A stretch of DNA of 63,521 nucleotides, counting the filler, from Pirum gemmata (taxonomy: Eukaryota): the NCBI GenBank assembly GCA_002812295.1. It is 11 parts of 11 records of this genome, joined end to end, with 100 filler letters (N's around TTAATTAATTAA, not from the genome) between each part and the next. Parts side by side here need not be neighbours in the genome. Positions count along the whole stretch, not along the records: positions 5,880 to 11,641 come from PDIN01000431.1; positions 11,742 to 17,552 come from PDIN01000432.1; positions 17,653 to 23,438 come from PDIN01000433.1; 8 more parts are not named here. The stretch is one strand, 5' to 3'. Positions 10,459 to 23,060 of this stretch are shown here, piece by piece (the stretch's first letter is position 1; each line of letters begins with the position of its first letter). Position numbers and translations under genes: made by a program. A model generated the notes under the pieces. That model saw only the letters and a program-made list of their open reading frames with translations. It was not told the DNA's origin and did not search any database.

Positions 10459-11542
10459 TTAATTGTTGTTTGGACCGTTGTAGGATAATTGTTTTTCGTA
10501 AAATACACCATTATTGTTATCAGTATAAACAACATTGTTTACTTTGTAAGCTATTTCAAATTTGATAGTTGGATAAGCGCCATATTGAAAGTCTCCAGTA
10601 GCATTAGATTCAAAAGCATAACCAAATTCTTTACCAACATTCACAGTACCTTAAAAATTATTAATTTAATATTTATTATGATATTTATTATTAATAATTT
10701 TAACTAAATGTTATTAAGACTTACAGTTACAGTTAATATTGTTAATTTAATTATTATTATATAATTATTATAATGTTATTAAATAATTGGTTGTCAGAGT
10801 TATAATTAGCTATTAAATTTGTTATTTATTAGTATTATATAATACATTATAATTACTTAATATTATTTATTTATTATTAATATTATTAATTAATTAATAT
10901 TAATTGTTAAGAGTATACCTTGTATTAATAATTGAATATTATGATAACGATGTATACGTATATTATATCAATAATGATAATGATGATGATAAATGATAAT
11001 TTAATGGTATTTATATATTTATAAATATTATATGTTAATTAATTATATTATAATGCCATAATACCTTGCCAATATTCATCACCACTATCAGAAGGTTTCC
11101 AGTAAGTTAACTGATCAACGTTACTATTTTGCCAGTCAGTGGTAGTCCAATTAACCCAAACCTATAATTAATTATGTTATATATATTATATATTATTAAT
11201 TATAATGTTGTATTAATAATTATATATAGTTTTGAGTTAAGAGTTAAGAGTTATAAATTAGGGTTAGATATTAAGGATTAGGATTAATTAGATTAAGATT
11301 AGAGTTAGGGTTAGGGTTAAGTTTATATATATTACTTGTTTTTGAAAAGCAATGTTTTTAACATTAGCATTTATGTAAAGGCTTTTTTGTTCATAGTATT
11401 GTTGGTTGGTTTGAGTATGTTCTGCAACACTGTTTAGAGACCAATTTTGTACTTTAACGTTGTTGTTGCTGGAATCAGCTGGTGCAGCGTATGCGTTCGC
11501 AATCAAGGAAGCAACCAAAACTTTCATAGCGTTCATCATCAT
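10459..11542 (-). CDS. Secreted stand-alone CBM21 (starch/glycogen-binding) protein, 164 aa, exons 11542-11336, 11161-11065, 10649-10459
   Basis: GT-AG introns give a continuous frame. Signal peptide; VKNIAFQKQ|VWVNWTTTDW and FEIAY...YTDNNNGVFY match the CBM21 motifs VxNxxFxKxV...W and F..xY...DNNxGxxY. Confidence 0.85.
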
Positions 11543-11926
11543 CTTTAATTAATTAAAAAAAAAAAATTTATTTTATTTATTTATTTATTTATTTATTGTT
11601 TTATTTATTTATTGTTATTGTTGTTGTTGTTGTTATTGTTANNNNNNNNNNNNNNNNNNNNNNNNNNNNNNNNNNNNNNNNNNNNTTAATTAATTAANNN
11701 NNNNNNNNNNNNNNNNNNNNNNNNNNNNNNNNNNNNNNNNNTTTTTTTTTTATTTTTTTTTCAGTTTTTTTCTTTGTCTAGGTAGGCAGTTTTTTTCTCA
11801 GTTTTTCTCAGATGAGTTTTTATTTTATTATTATTATTATTATATTATAATAATTATGATAAGTATTATATAGACTATTATTAATATTAGTTGATAAATT
11901 TTTATCTATCATATATGATTTCAAAA

Positions 11927-12064
11927 TTCAAATAATACGTCACGTCAAGGAGTAGGTAGGTAGGTGGTATTTGACTGAAATTTAACGTCGAGGGGTAGGC
12001 AGGTAGGGGTATTTGAAGCTGTATTTGACCGGAAATTGGCGTTGCGTAGTATTTGAACGCTCCT
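11927..12064 (+). mobile_element. MITE family A copy
   Basis: Near-complete match to the family consensus. Confidence 0.85.
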
Positions 12065-12170
12065 TACTAATGATTTTGTAGACACAGCTAGCTAGCTAGT
12101 GTCTGATAGCGATTTTAGATAAATATGATAGTAGACAAAAGATTTTGCTACAATTTTTTTTTTCCCAAGC

Positions 12171-12392
12171 GCTGCCTCCCAATTCTGCTCGAGCCCGAAA
12201 ACTCGAATTTCTGCTGTCAAAAAAAAAGCCAAAATTCAGCCCTGTTCGAAAATTATTTTTTCCATTTTTTCGGGTTTATAAATAAATAAATATCCTCGAA
12301 TACTTAAGTGTTAGCTTAAAATGTTCGAACTTATTAATTAATGCATAGGCTCGAAAATTCGATTTTTAAACAAGGCAGAATTGGGAGAAGCC
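12171..12392. mobile_element. Putative MITE (family G)
   Basis: Inverted termini CTCCCAATTCTGC / GCAGAATTGGGAG; loosely related sequence at 58707-58990. Confidence 0.6.
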
Positions 12393-12658
12393 TATCTGCC
12401 TACCCTCTATCTGCAGCTGTCTGCTAAAAAAACTGTTAGCTATCGATATAGTCTATCGATAAAAGTAGACTATCTGATATTAGCTAGCTAGACTATAACT
12501 TATAACGATGCCCATTCGTTAATTAAAACCCAAAAAAGGAAGTGATAGGAAACGTTAGAAACCATGGACCATTATTTTTGGGACACTATTTACAACAACT
12601 TGATTAAAAAATAGATCAGTATTTACCTGTCAAGTATGTCAAGGTTCGTCAGGCAAAG

Positions 12659-12990
12659 CACTTTTTCAATGTCCGCCCGACGTCGGACATGTCCGAAATT
12701 TTTTACGGACGTCCGGGCATTTGGTCGGTCGGGACCGAAATTTTTCTCGGACAAAAATCCAAAAATGCTTACTAATTTTAACTTGTCCGAGTTTTAGAGT
12801 TTTAGGTTTAGGGAACTGTTTAGGGACTGTTTAGGGTTAGGATTAAAATTCACGAAATATCGGGACCCGAAAGCAAAGTTTTTTCGGGCCCGACTTTTTA
12901 TTTATCGTACCGGAACGGATATGTCCGACGAAGGGCCGGACCAGAAGGACTCGGACCAGAAGGAAGGTCGGGCATCTTTTTAAAAAAGTG
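12659..12990. mobile_element. Putative non-autonomous DNA transposon with CACT...AGTG ends (family H)
   Basis: CACTTTTT..GCCCGAC / GTCGGGC..AAAAAAGTG ends and many GTCCG/CGGAC subterminal motifs in both orientations; no clear TSD. Confidence 0.5.
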
Positions 12991-13028
12991 TGTGTATAGA
13001 CAGCTGTATAGACCGGCTCCAATTAGTC

Positions 13029-13199
13029 TCCAATTTAAAAACTGAAATAAACTTACCAAATTATTACTATGGTTAAGCTATCAGACATGTTTTAATTAAT
13101 TTGGTATTTTATACTTTAATAAAAAATTCAATTATACACTAAGTCTTAAACAGTACCAAATTAAAGATTGAGAGGACAACTGTGATGATATAGTGGATA
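13029..13199 (-). mobile_element. MITE family D copy
   Basis: Reverse complement of most of 15688-15904. Confidence 0.75.
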
Positions 13200-13353
13200 C
13201 TAAATATGATATAAAAATATTGTTAGTATGGACACACTATCAATGATGCAAATTGTTTACAAACACTGTTGTTTACAAACAAGTTGTAAACGGTTGTGTC
13301 TAGGATGCTAATCGCACCATCAACTGTAGTTCCATATCCTATTATTATGATAT

Positions 13354-13498
13354 GGGAGCGTTCAAATACTACGTAACGCCAATTTCCAGTCAAATACAGC
13401 TTCAAATACCCCTACCTACCTACCCCTCAACGTTAATTTCCGGTCAAATACCACCTACCTACCTACCTCTTGACGTGACGTATTATTTGAATGCTCCC
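13354..13498 (-). mobile_element. MITE family A, full-length 145 bp (PIF/Harbinger Tourist-like)
   Basis: TIR GGGAGCGTTCAAATA / TATTTGAATGCTCCC with a 3-bp direct repeat TAT on both sides; most other copies are flanked by TAA or TTA. Confidence 0.88.
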
Positions 13499-13879
13499 TA
13501 TATAGCTAATAATATATCATATATTATAAATACATCTAGACAAATACATCATTATTATCAATATATCAGTACTAATATATCGTATTTATAACTCAACTAT
13601 GATTTTCATTTCTCTTTCGAATGAAAGGCTATGTAGACAAGCTATGTATCAATACTATGATAGTAGATATGATAGCTAGCTAGCTAGTAGCTAGACCCAG
13701 CTAGTAGACTATGATTTCTACCTAGCTAGCTAGTAGTAGACTAGCTAGACTAGCTAGTGATTTTTACTGATGATTCCAACAGTTTTTTTTAAAAAAATTA
13801 ATAATCTGAGGGGGGGGGTCCTGTTTTCCTTGTATGGAGGAGCAAGCATGTTATAAAAGTTACAGTTATACTTAATTAT

Positions 13880-14165
13880 AGTTCTAATTTGTTGATTTGT
13901 TTCATAATACTTTGGTATAGACTAGGTTATTAATTTGATTGTCGTTCGGGTTTGACTTGTTGTATTTTTCATAATAGTACCATAGTATATAGTCTATGAT
14001 TAACAATTGTATAGTTCGTTTGTTGTAGTAATATTGTTCTTTAACTTTTGTTCCCAATTATATAAATAATGTTAGCCTATAGAAGTTTTACAGGGATTTA
14101 TAAATTATAATACCAGTAATATAGTACTATTTAATAATATTTTTTTGATGTGGGATAGCCATTGG
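13880..14165 (-). mobile_element. Family E remnant
   Basis: Shares TAATTTGTTGATTTGTTTCATAAT...GACTTGTTGTA...ATATAGTCTATGAT with 2290-2545. Confidence 0.6.
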
Positions 14166-15687
14166 CCCTTCTTTTCTCAGCTAGCGATGGTACCATTTTG
14201 AAAGAGTACATATTTGGAAAATATAACCTTTTTAGATAAACAAAAAAGGAAAATATTGAGTCTAATCTAAACCCTTTTTTCATAGTCTCTATCGGTCAGA
14301 CGGGCTCAATTGAGGTCTTTGGGCTCAATTGAGCCCATTTTTCAACAATATAATGTAACTTTCTAACTACCCGGTATAAAAACCAAATTTCTTCATAATA
14401 GTATCATAATATTATCAAATTAAACTCCGTAACTAACTAACTAGCTAGCTAGCTAACTAAGTCATTGCTACTATCATACTAGCTAGCTAGTAGATATATG
14501 CACAATATAATATTTTAAAATTCAAGAATTATATCATAAATAAAAAAATTGGTGCTACGATATACGTAAACTTTTTTAAAAGATTACTTAAACTCTACTT
14601 ATGACAGGTATTAAATAATCGATACGATAGTGAAAATACTGTGAAAATCCTTTTCAAGGTGAAAAATTTTAAAATCACCATCGTAAGTAAAATCACTCGA
14701 GTAATAAAATCATCCTCACATTCAGCACAAACCACTAAAAATAGTGCAAAAATATCCCTAGAAAAATACACAGAGATTTTTTAATATGGTGCTATCGTTC
14801 TGATTCACTCATTAGAATTAATACTAGAATCATTACCAATCATAGGCCGATCCTCATTAAAAATTCTATAATTAGACGCCATTTTGGTCTGGTTCTATGT
14901 TTGTATATACGCAAAAAAAAAAAAAAAAAAATAAAAAAAAATAATAAAAAAAAACGACTTTATTGGACTTATTTTGGTTTTTAACTATATTTAATTAAGG
15001 CTTTTTAAAAAAGTCTAAATTTTGGCAAGTATGACTTATACTAAAAAAAAAATGGCAAGAAAAAAAAAAGAGCCAAGCAGGGCGTTTTCCGAGTTGTTTT
15101 CAGTGTTTTCCGTGGGACCGATTCTCACGGGATTCTTGATAAAATGATACTATGATCTAGTGTTTTCAAAAAAAAAAAAAAAAAAAAATAGCTTCTAAAT
15201 TTGTGTAAATGTTTACTTTAATGGGTAAATAAGACTAACATTTTTAGGCATAGCCTCAGGTCTACTACTACGGGCCCAGTACGGGGTATGCATAGCATAG
15301 TGCATACTACTATGATAATACTAGCTAGCTAGACCCCCCCACTACCCAGAGTCACAGACCTACAACCGGAAGAGCTGGAAGAAAACATTAATTAATTAAG
15401 AAAACTGACAGTATTTTAAAAAAAAAGAACTAAATAACTACTAAATATATATTAGTGTACAATGATGTACATCATAATTATATCATATCAATATATATTA
15501 TAATAATTATTATCCGATACTATAATTTTATCATATTATAAATATTTATAAAATACTTGGGTCACTCTTGGGTCTAGGTCTACAGTAGTTTTTTACAATA
15601 CCGTGGTGAAAATATTTTAGTAGGAAAATATTGAATTAATAAAAATATAATATAAAATATATATCGACACTTTTTGCGGGATAATTA

Positions 15688-15904
15688 TATCGTCTATTTC
15701 ATTACAGTTGTCCTCTCAATCTTTAATTCGGTACTGTTTAAGTGTATAATTGAACTGATTTATAAAATACAACATTTTAAGTATAAAATACCAAATTAAT
15801 TAAAACATGTCCGATAGTTGTTAAACCATAATAATAATTTAAAATTGGTATGTTTATTTCAGTTTTTGAACTGGACAACATTGACACTATTGAAAAACAC
15901 GATA
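15688..15904 (+). mobile_element. MITE family D, full-length 217 bp
   Basis: Termini TATCGTCTATTTCA / TGAAAAACACGATA; other copies at 13029-13199 and 18295-18473. Confidence 0.75.
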
Positions 15905-16462
15905 TTTACATAATATATATATTATATATTAATAAATGAAAAATTCACTGAGAAATTCAAATTGAAAACACTTCGAAAACACTTTGAAAACACTTTGAAA
16001 ACACTGCTAGTTATGTATATCATAGTATAATAGTATATATGATAGTTGAAAACCTCATATTCAGTTTTCAACAGCCCTTCTTTTTGTTTGTTAAAAACAA
16101 ACAATGGAGGGGTGGTGAGGAACTTCAGGAATTTTTTTTATTTTTTTTTGTTTTGTACACTCTTTCTTTGAACACTGTTTGAACTCTCCTCTTGATGATT
16201 GAACACCGTGAACAGTGATTGAACTAGAGGCCTATGATAAAAGAAGAAGAAGACCGTTGACAACTAGCTAGCTAGCTAGCTCTAGCTAGCTCTATCATAA
16301 CCAGAAAAGAAAGACTACCGGTCTAAAAACCACTATAATATGTGGCAGTTATTTTTCAAAGACAGTAGTTGGAAAGAAAGACAGACACACCTACTACTAC
16401 TAGTTGTTGTTGTTGTTGTTGTTATTGTTATTGTTGTTATTGTTGTTATTATTATTATTATT

Positions 16463-16516
<54 letters not shown>

Positions 16517-17652
16517 GCTGCTGCTGTTGTTGTTGTTGTTATTGTAAACTAACCGATGGTAAATTTTTATGGTCATATCATATGATACAAGTTAAAAATT
16601 AATTACATGCCTGACCTGACTGTTAACTTTTTTTTAAAAATAGGGGTTGTTAAATCCGAGTTTTCCATATATAGGAAAATCGCTTTTTTAAAAAACTACC
16701 CTTGTAAAAGCTTGCTTGCCTTCATATTTTTTGACTCGGATCGATGTAAGAACGGTCTCGAATCGGTAATCCTGCTATTATGTTTTTATATTTTTCAAAA
16801 TTGATCGAGTAATTTGAGTCGGGGTTTTCGGTCGGGAAACAAACCTGGGGTCCTGACCCATGTCGCTATATTGTAAAAAATGCCCCTGATGCCTTTTTTT
16901 TTTGTCACACTCGAAAACTATGTTTTTTTTAAAAAAAATACACTACACACTTCCGAATCAAACTTTTTTTTTCCCACATGTCTATATTGTTGCCTCCTCA
17001 TGAGTCGTGAATAAGATAAGACTCGTGATTGAACCAGCTGGATTGAACTGATTGAACTGATTGAATTCCCTCGATTGAATTCGGAATTGCTGGAGTATTG
17101 CTGGACTCCTTATATATTTTTTATTTTTTTGGAAAAAATTTATCAATTAAAATTATCCAACCAAAACATTGCGATTTTTTTTTGAGAAAAGATCCTTGAC
17201 CGATACACAGTCATAAACTCAACGGACACCTAACCAGGAGATCCAGAACTACAGCCAGCTCTCTCCTAGCTAGCTAGCTAGCTAACTGGGCCTCTACGGA
17301 CTCGACAACCCTGCTAGTTAGAGGGAACTTATACTCCGGCAGCTGCTTGGTGATTAGGGTTAGAGTTAGGATGAGTAACGATAATTATAATGGAAAGATA
17401 TCGATGATGATGATGATGACATTGATATCGATAGTGATAATGTATTAATGAAAAAGATATAGCGATAGAAAACGAACTGGAAAGCAAGATTAACACTGGT
17501 ACTAATTATGATTTAATTGAATTTAGGTATAGTCAATATCAGCTAGCTAGCTNNNNNNNNNNNNNNNNNNNNNNNNNNNNNNNNNNNNNNNNNNNNTTAA
17601 TTAATTAANNNNNNNNNNNNNNNNNNNNNNNNNNNNNNNNNNNNNNNNNNNN

Positions 17653-17955
17653 CCCTAACCCTAACCCTAACCCTAACCCTGATCCTAACCCTAACCCTTG
17701 CCCTAACCCCTAACCCTTACCCTAACCCCTAACCCTAACCCTAACCCTTACTCTAACCCCTAACCCTAACCCTTACTCTAACCCTAACCCTAACCCCAGC
17801 CCTAACCACAACGCTAACGCTAACGCTAACGCTAACGCTAACCCTACCCCTACCCCTACCCCTAAATCCTAACCCTAACCCTTATCCTAACACTTATCTT
17901 AATCCTAACACTTATCTTAATCCTAACCTTAATCCCAAACTATCCCAACCCTTAC
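17653..17955 (-). repeat. Degenerate CCCTAA array with TAACGC and TACCCC variants at a scaffold start
   Basis: Seen directly. Confidence 0.9.
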
Positions 17956-18294
17956 TTAATATTAATCATTATATATAATACAAAATGTAATTTATTGATT
18001 ATACATTGTATTACATATTATTAAAAAATTTTGAATTAATTTTAAAATTTTGTTTTCGCAATTAATTGTAATAATATTATTAATATCTATAAACTATATA
18101 TATCTAACTAAATTAATCATATATTGATTAATAATATTATACTGCTTGTTAGAAGTTAAAAATTAATCGAGCAAAAAAATGAGTTTTTAAGTGGAAAGTC
18201 TTTGGTTAGGAATTATTAATTGTAATTACTATTTCTATTAATTAATATTAATATTATTACATCTGATTATTACTACAAGCCATTATATTATTAT

Positions 18295-18473
18295 AAAACT
18301 GAAATAAACGTATTAATACTAAATTTTTATTACAGTTAAACTATCAGACATATTTTAATTAATTTGATATTTTATACTTAATGTTGTACAAGTTCAATTA
18401 TACATTTAAACAGTACCAAATTAAAGATTAATTTATTAAAAGGACAACAGTTACTGTAATGAAATAGACGATA
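18295..18473 (-). mobile_element. MITE family D copy
   Basis: Ends CTGTAATGAAATAGACGATA. Confidence 0.75.
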
Positions 18474-19121
18474 TAATATATTAATTAAAATTTATCATTA
18501 TTAAATTACTATTACTGTTAATAATCACTATTATTATTATCAAAGGCCATAATTGGCTTTTATGTTTGTTCGATTATGAAATTAATGAAATATTATTACG
18601 TATTAAAAGTTTTTTAAAATTGATGTATTAATAACTATTCAAAAATCATTTCATTAATATTGTGATTTAAGTTGTTCTCTAGATCTCTATTTATTAATGT
18701 ATATGTAATTTTTCAGTTTTTGAACTAGACAAAATTTACACTAAAAATATAAAAAAAGTTTACTAATTAAATTTACTCCAAAATAGCAGCCCATCAGCAG
18801 CCCACCAATATTTCAGGTTTTAGTACTAATATATGTTAAAATAATATCGCGAACTTTCTCAATGATAATTATGTACAATTTCTAACCGTTTGAGATGGGG
18901 CTAAGGATAAAGCTTTTAAAAGGATGAAGGCTAAAAGTTAGTTTATGATTATGTTTAGTTAGGATTACAAAAAATGTTCTTAATTAAAATTAAGAGTTTA
19001 TCATTAGTTTTTTCGATCCAAAAATAACAATGATAATATTATAATATTTATTTTGTTCGTTTATTTATTTATTTATTCACTTTTTTGTTCTAATTATTGT
19101 ATTCATTTATTCATGTATTTA

Positions 19122-19150
<29 letters not shown>

Positions 19151-19154
<4 letters not shown>

Positions 19155-19801
19155 AATAAATGAATTTTGGTGGTATTAGCATCATGCGTAAGAGTAAAAT
19201 CACTGGTGCCAGAAACAAAATGGTATAATGCATCCCCGTCATATGCTCCATCATAAGCTAGCCATGTGGCGTTTGCTAATGTGTTTAAAGTGGCAGTATT
19301 GCCCGGTTGGATACACTGTTTATTCTCTTCTACATTATCATAATTATTCCAAGTTAAACACAAAGGTTTCAATCCTTGATTTTGAACAGTAAATTTACTT
19401 TCTACAGTCATATTTTTCATTGAAGGTTCCATGCGACCACAAATAACGCCATGTACAAAGTTTTTAAGAAATATTTCTTGGGGTATAGTGACGTAGGTGT
19501 CATTAACCATTTTGTAGTCTTTATTGTTTAGAAGAGTCCAAGGGTAAGTATCATAAGTTCCTACAGGGAATTCTTCGTCAGTTCGATATTGTGGCATTTT
19601 AACAAACTTTACTAGTTCTGAATCAAAGTTAGTCCACATAACGTCAACATCGGTTTCATTTTTGTTGCTTTGAAAGAAAATTTGACGAGGATAATTACTA
19701 TTGTAACTACGTACACTGCCACGTGTGCAAGGATGTCTGCTTTCGGTATGGGTAACAAGCAATACTGCTGCGACAATTGTTGTTCCTATTATTTTCATCA
19801 T
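19151..19801 (-). CDS. Secreted protein with two tandem VHL beta-domain-like repeats, 216 aa, intronless
   Basis: Signal peptide. Repeat 1 IFF..N...VDVMWTNFDSE...GTYDTYPWTL and repeat 2 FTVQN...LCLTWNNYDN...IQPG...NTLANATWLAYD resemble the VHL beta pattern F.N...V...W.[DN][FY].G...PG...TY..HPW. Confidence 0.75.
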
Positions 19802-19884
19802 TTTGTTTTTTGTATATTTTATTATGGTATCTAAATTGTTTTACTTTTTTGTATTTTGCTTTTTTTTTTTTTTATATTAATTTT

Positions 19885-19978
<94 letters not shown>

Positions 19979-20492
19979 TTTTAATTTTTTTTTTTGGTTT
20001 TTTGGTTTTTTTTTTGGTTTTTATATCAAATAATTGTAGCAGAATTTTAGATTTTCTTACGTTTTTTGGGTGATTATGTATTATAATATAATACAGGAAT
20101 GAAAATATTAACAACAAAAAACAGTTATAACAATTTCAAATAAGCAATAATTTATAACAATAACATGTACTATAATAAATTTAAAAATAATATTACTATT
20201 AGTATTATATATGTAATTAATATTAATATATCTACTGTATATATAATCATTCAATACAGCTTCAATACCCAGGATTGATTAACAACAACAACAGCAGCAA
20301 CAGCTGCAGTTAACGATTATTAAAATAATACTATAAATTTTTATTATTAACAATTAATAAAAGTAGTTTCTATATATTATTATATATAAAACAATTAATA
20401 ATTAATACTTAACACCTAACAATTAACAATAGCAATAGCGATTAGTATTAAAGATAGCTCAGACCTTTCGGTAGCTTCTAAAGTTAAATCCT

Positions 20493-20661
20493 GGGTGGGG
20501 GGATGACGTCATTTTATTATTACCGAACAGCTGCCGGAACTTTTCCGATTTATGGTTTTATTACTATTAATGTTAATATTATTACTTTTAAGAAACACGG
20601 AACTAAGGTTGGCTCGATAAGCATCTGTTCGAAAAAAGTTCCAGTAGATATCTCACCCCTA
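20493..20661. mobile_element. Family J-like copy
   Basis: GGGGGATGACGTCAT...AAAAAAGTTC...TCTCACCCCTA parallels 978-1138. Confidence 0.5.
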
Positions 20662-21394
20662 CGTGGGTGTGTGTGTGGGGGGTGGTATACCGGTATGCAC
20701 TATGCAAACAATAATCTAAAAACGTTCTAATTTTTCTTTACTATATATATCGATATTAATAACAAGGACTAGAGCTAGCATTATATAGAGGTTTCAGTTC
20801 TTCAAGGTCCTTTTAGAGTCTACGATGAGACTCTATGATGTATATATGTATTTATACTTTTAAAAAGTCCCACCTTTTTTTACATATTCGAAAATTGTTA
20901 TTGTTATTGTTATTGTTATTGTTATTGTTATTGTTATTGTTATTGTTATTGTTATTGTTATTGTTATTGTTAAAATAATTACTCAAAAATTGAAAATTCT
21001 AAGTAAAACCCAAAAGTTGTACGTTTTTTTAAAACTACTTGCTTGTACCATACATAGAGTATACATAGTGTTCTTTTTTAGGCGAGTTTTTTTGGCTTTT
21101 TGCAAGTTTTTGGTGGGGTTTTTTTTTCCTAGTTTTTTTTACTTTTTTTTTCTAGGTTTTTTTTTGGCTTTTTTAACCTATTTTGTAATAATATTTTTTT
21201 TAGATATCCAATAAAAAATTTCTTAAAAAAAAAAAAAAANNNNNNNNNNNNNNNNNNNNNNNNNNNNNNNNNNNNNNNNNNNNNNNNNNNNNNNNNNNNN
21301 NNNNNNNNNNNNNNNNNNNNNNNNNNNNNNNNNNNNNNNNNNNNNNNNNNNNNNNNNNNNNNNNNNNNNNNNNNNNNNNNNNNNNNNNNNNNNN

Positions 21395-21503
21395 ACAAAT
21401 GCAGCTTCAAATACCCCTACCTACCTTCCCCTCGACGTTAATTTCCGGTCAAATACCACCTACCTACCTACCCCTTGACGTGACGTATTATTTGAACGCT
21501 CCC
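21395..21503 (-). mobile_element. MITE family A copy (one end lies in the gap 21240-21394)
   Basis: Ends TATTTGAACGCTCCC followed by TTA. Confidence 0.85.
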
Positions 21504-21526
21504 TTACTCAGCATCACCATTTTTCT

Positions 21527-21740
21527 CCGGAAAAACATAATCGAATCAAACATCTCGATTTTTAATTATTAAATTGTAACAATTTTGAAATGATATTCTT
21601 TTTTTTCGAGTTTCAAGTTTTTTATATGAAATTTCATGATTTTTTTTTTTTCTTTAAAAGTGAGTCAATACTTAAAATTAGATCGAACATTTTTGAAAGT
21701 TTCGATTCAGTCTCGATTCGATGATTTTTCCCGTATCTCC
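21527..21740. mobile_element. MITE family F copy
   Basis: Colinear with 6097-6321; ends TTTTTCCCGTATCTCC. Confidence 0.75.
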
Positions 21741-22046
21741 AAGCTTTATCTTATCGATACCCAGATCTACTTTCCATGGCTAACGAGCCTGGCTTAACGA
21801 GCTAATACTCGATTGAAACTATTCATTTTGAATCTAATTATAATAATAGATTAGCTTATTTTTTGGAATTGAGCGAGTTTCGACTTACTTTCGAGTTGTT
21901 TTGTTTTATGTATTTTCGAGTCATAAACTGAGATCACCAATTTTACTAAAGTCTAAAAATGGTAAAGTCTTAATGACCATTGGTCCATAGGCAAAAACTG
22001 TGTGGCTGAATTCTCAAAAAAATTGTATCCCAAGTTCCGAACCAAC

Positions 22047-22161
22047 TTCCGGTCAAATACAGCTTCAAATACCCATACCTACCTACCCCTCGACGTTAAT
22101 TTCCGGTCAAATACCACCTACCTTCCTACCCTTTGACGTGACTTATTATTTGAACATTCCC
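22047..22161 (-). mobile_element. MITE family A copy
   Basis: Consensus blocks; ends GAACATTCCC. Confidence 0.8.
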
Positions 22162-22332
22162 TATCTTTGAAACTCGAAGCTCAGTTTCAACTTTCGAATC
22201 TTTTTTTTTATTATCATATTTTTTTATTTATAAATAAATACCAAAAGGAGATTATTTTTTGAACTGATTCAATTTCAAACAAAGACCAAAGGAAAACTAA
22301 CTCCTTTTGTAATTTATTATATTTTTTTTTAA

Positions 22333-22580
22333 CTACCAAGCCAGATAAAAAAGCGACATCCACCGTATAATCTCAAAAATCCAAAAAATCTTTTAAAAAA
22401 ATCCAATTTTAACAAAAGTACTACCAAATTTTGAGAAATTATTTAACTAATAAAACTCTATTATGAACAAATGGCTAGTTTTAAAATTGTTTTTGGCTAG
22501 TTAGGATTAAATGTTTTAGAAAAGAAATCTAAAAAAAAATGTTTTCTACAGTTTTACCCGGCTTGGCTGACTCCTGGCTG
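22333..22580 (+). mobile_element. MITE family C copy with TTAA on both sides
   Basis: TTAA at 22329-22332 and 22581-22584. Confidence 0.78.
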
Positions 22581-22702
22581 TTAAAATAAATTTACAAAAT
22601 ATTTATAAGTAAAAGAGTAACTGACTGTCCTCAGTGTCCTGACTCCTGACTGGCTTTGATTTCCTAATTTGAATAATATAATTTTCCCCTGTTCTAAAAA
22701 TT

Positions 22703-23060
22703 CTTTGAAAGATAAAATTGAAGGTTTATGCAATTTGAATTTGACAGATATGTCACCTAGGATATGTCACCTACCTTCTGTTCTTCAAATTATATTTCGA
22801 ACTGTTAATTAATATTATTTATTTATAACTCATACTACTATACTGACTGAAGAGAGAATTTATAATTATATTATGATAATTATTATTTATATTATGATAA
22901 TTATTATTTATAAATCCTTTGAAAGATAAAATTGAAGGTTTATGCAATTTGAATTTGACAGATATATCACCTAGGATATGTCACCTACCTTCTCTTCTTC
23001 AAATTATATTTCGAACTGTTAATTAATACTATTTATTTATAACTCATACTACTATACTAT
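22703..23060 (+). repeat. Direct duplication of about 140 bp (22703-22845 and 22917-23060)
   Basis: CTTTGAAAGATAAAATTGAAGG...CTCATACTACTATACT occurs twice with a few substitutions. Confidence 0.9.

Noticed and set aside
13223..13591. Short ORFs 13223-13405 and 13352-13591
   Set aside because: They overlap a family A MITE; non-coding.
16607..16900. Possible transposon interior or short ORF
   Set aside because: No termini, second copy or protein motif could be identified.
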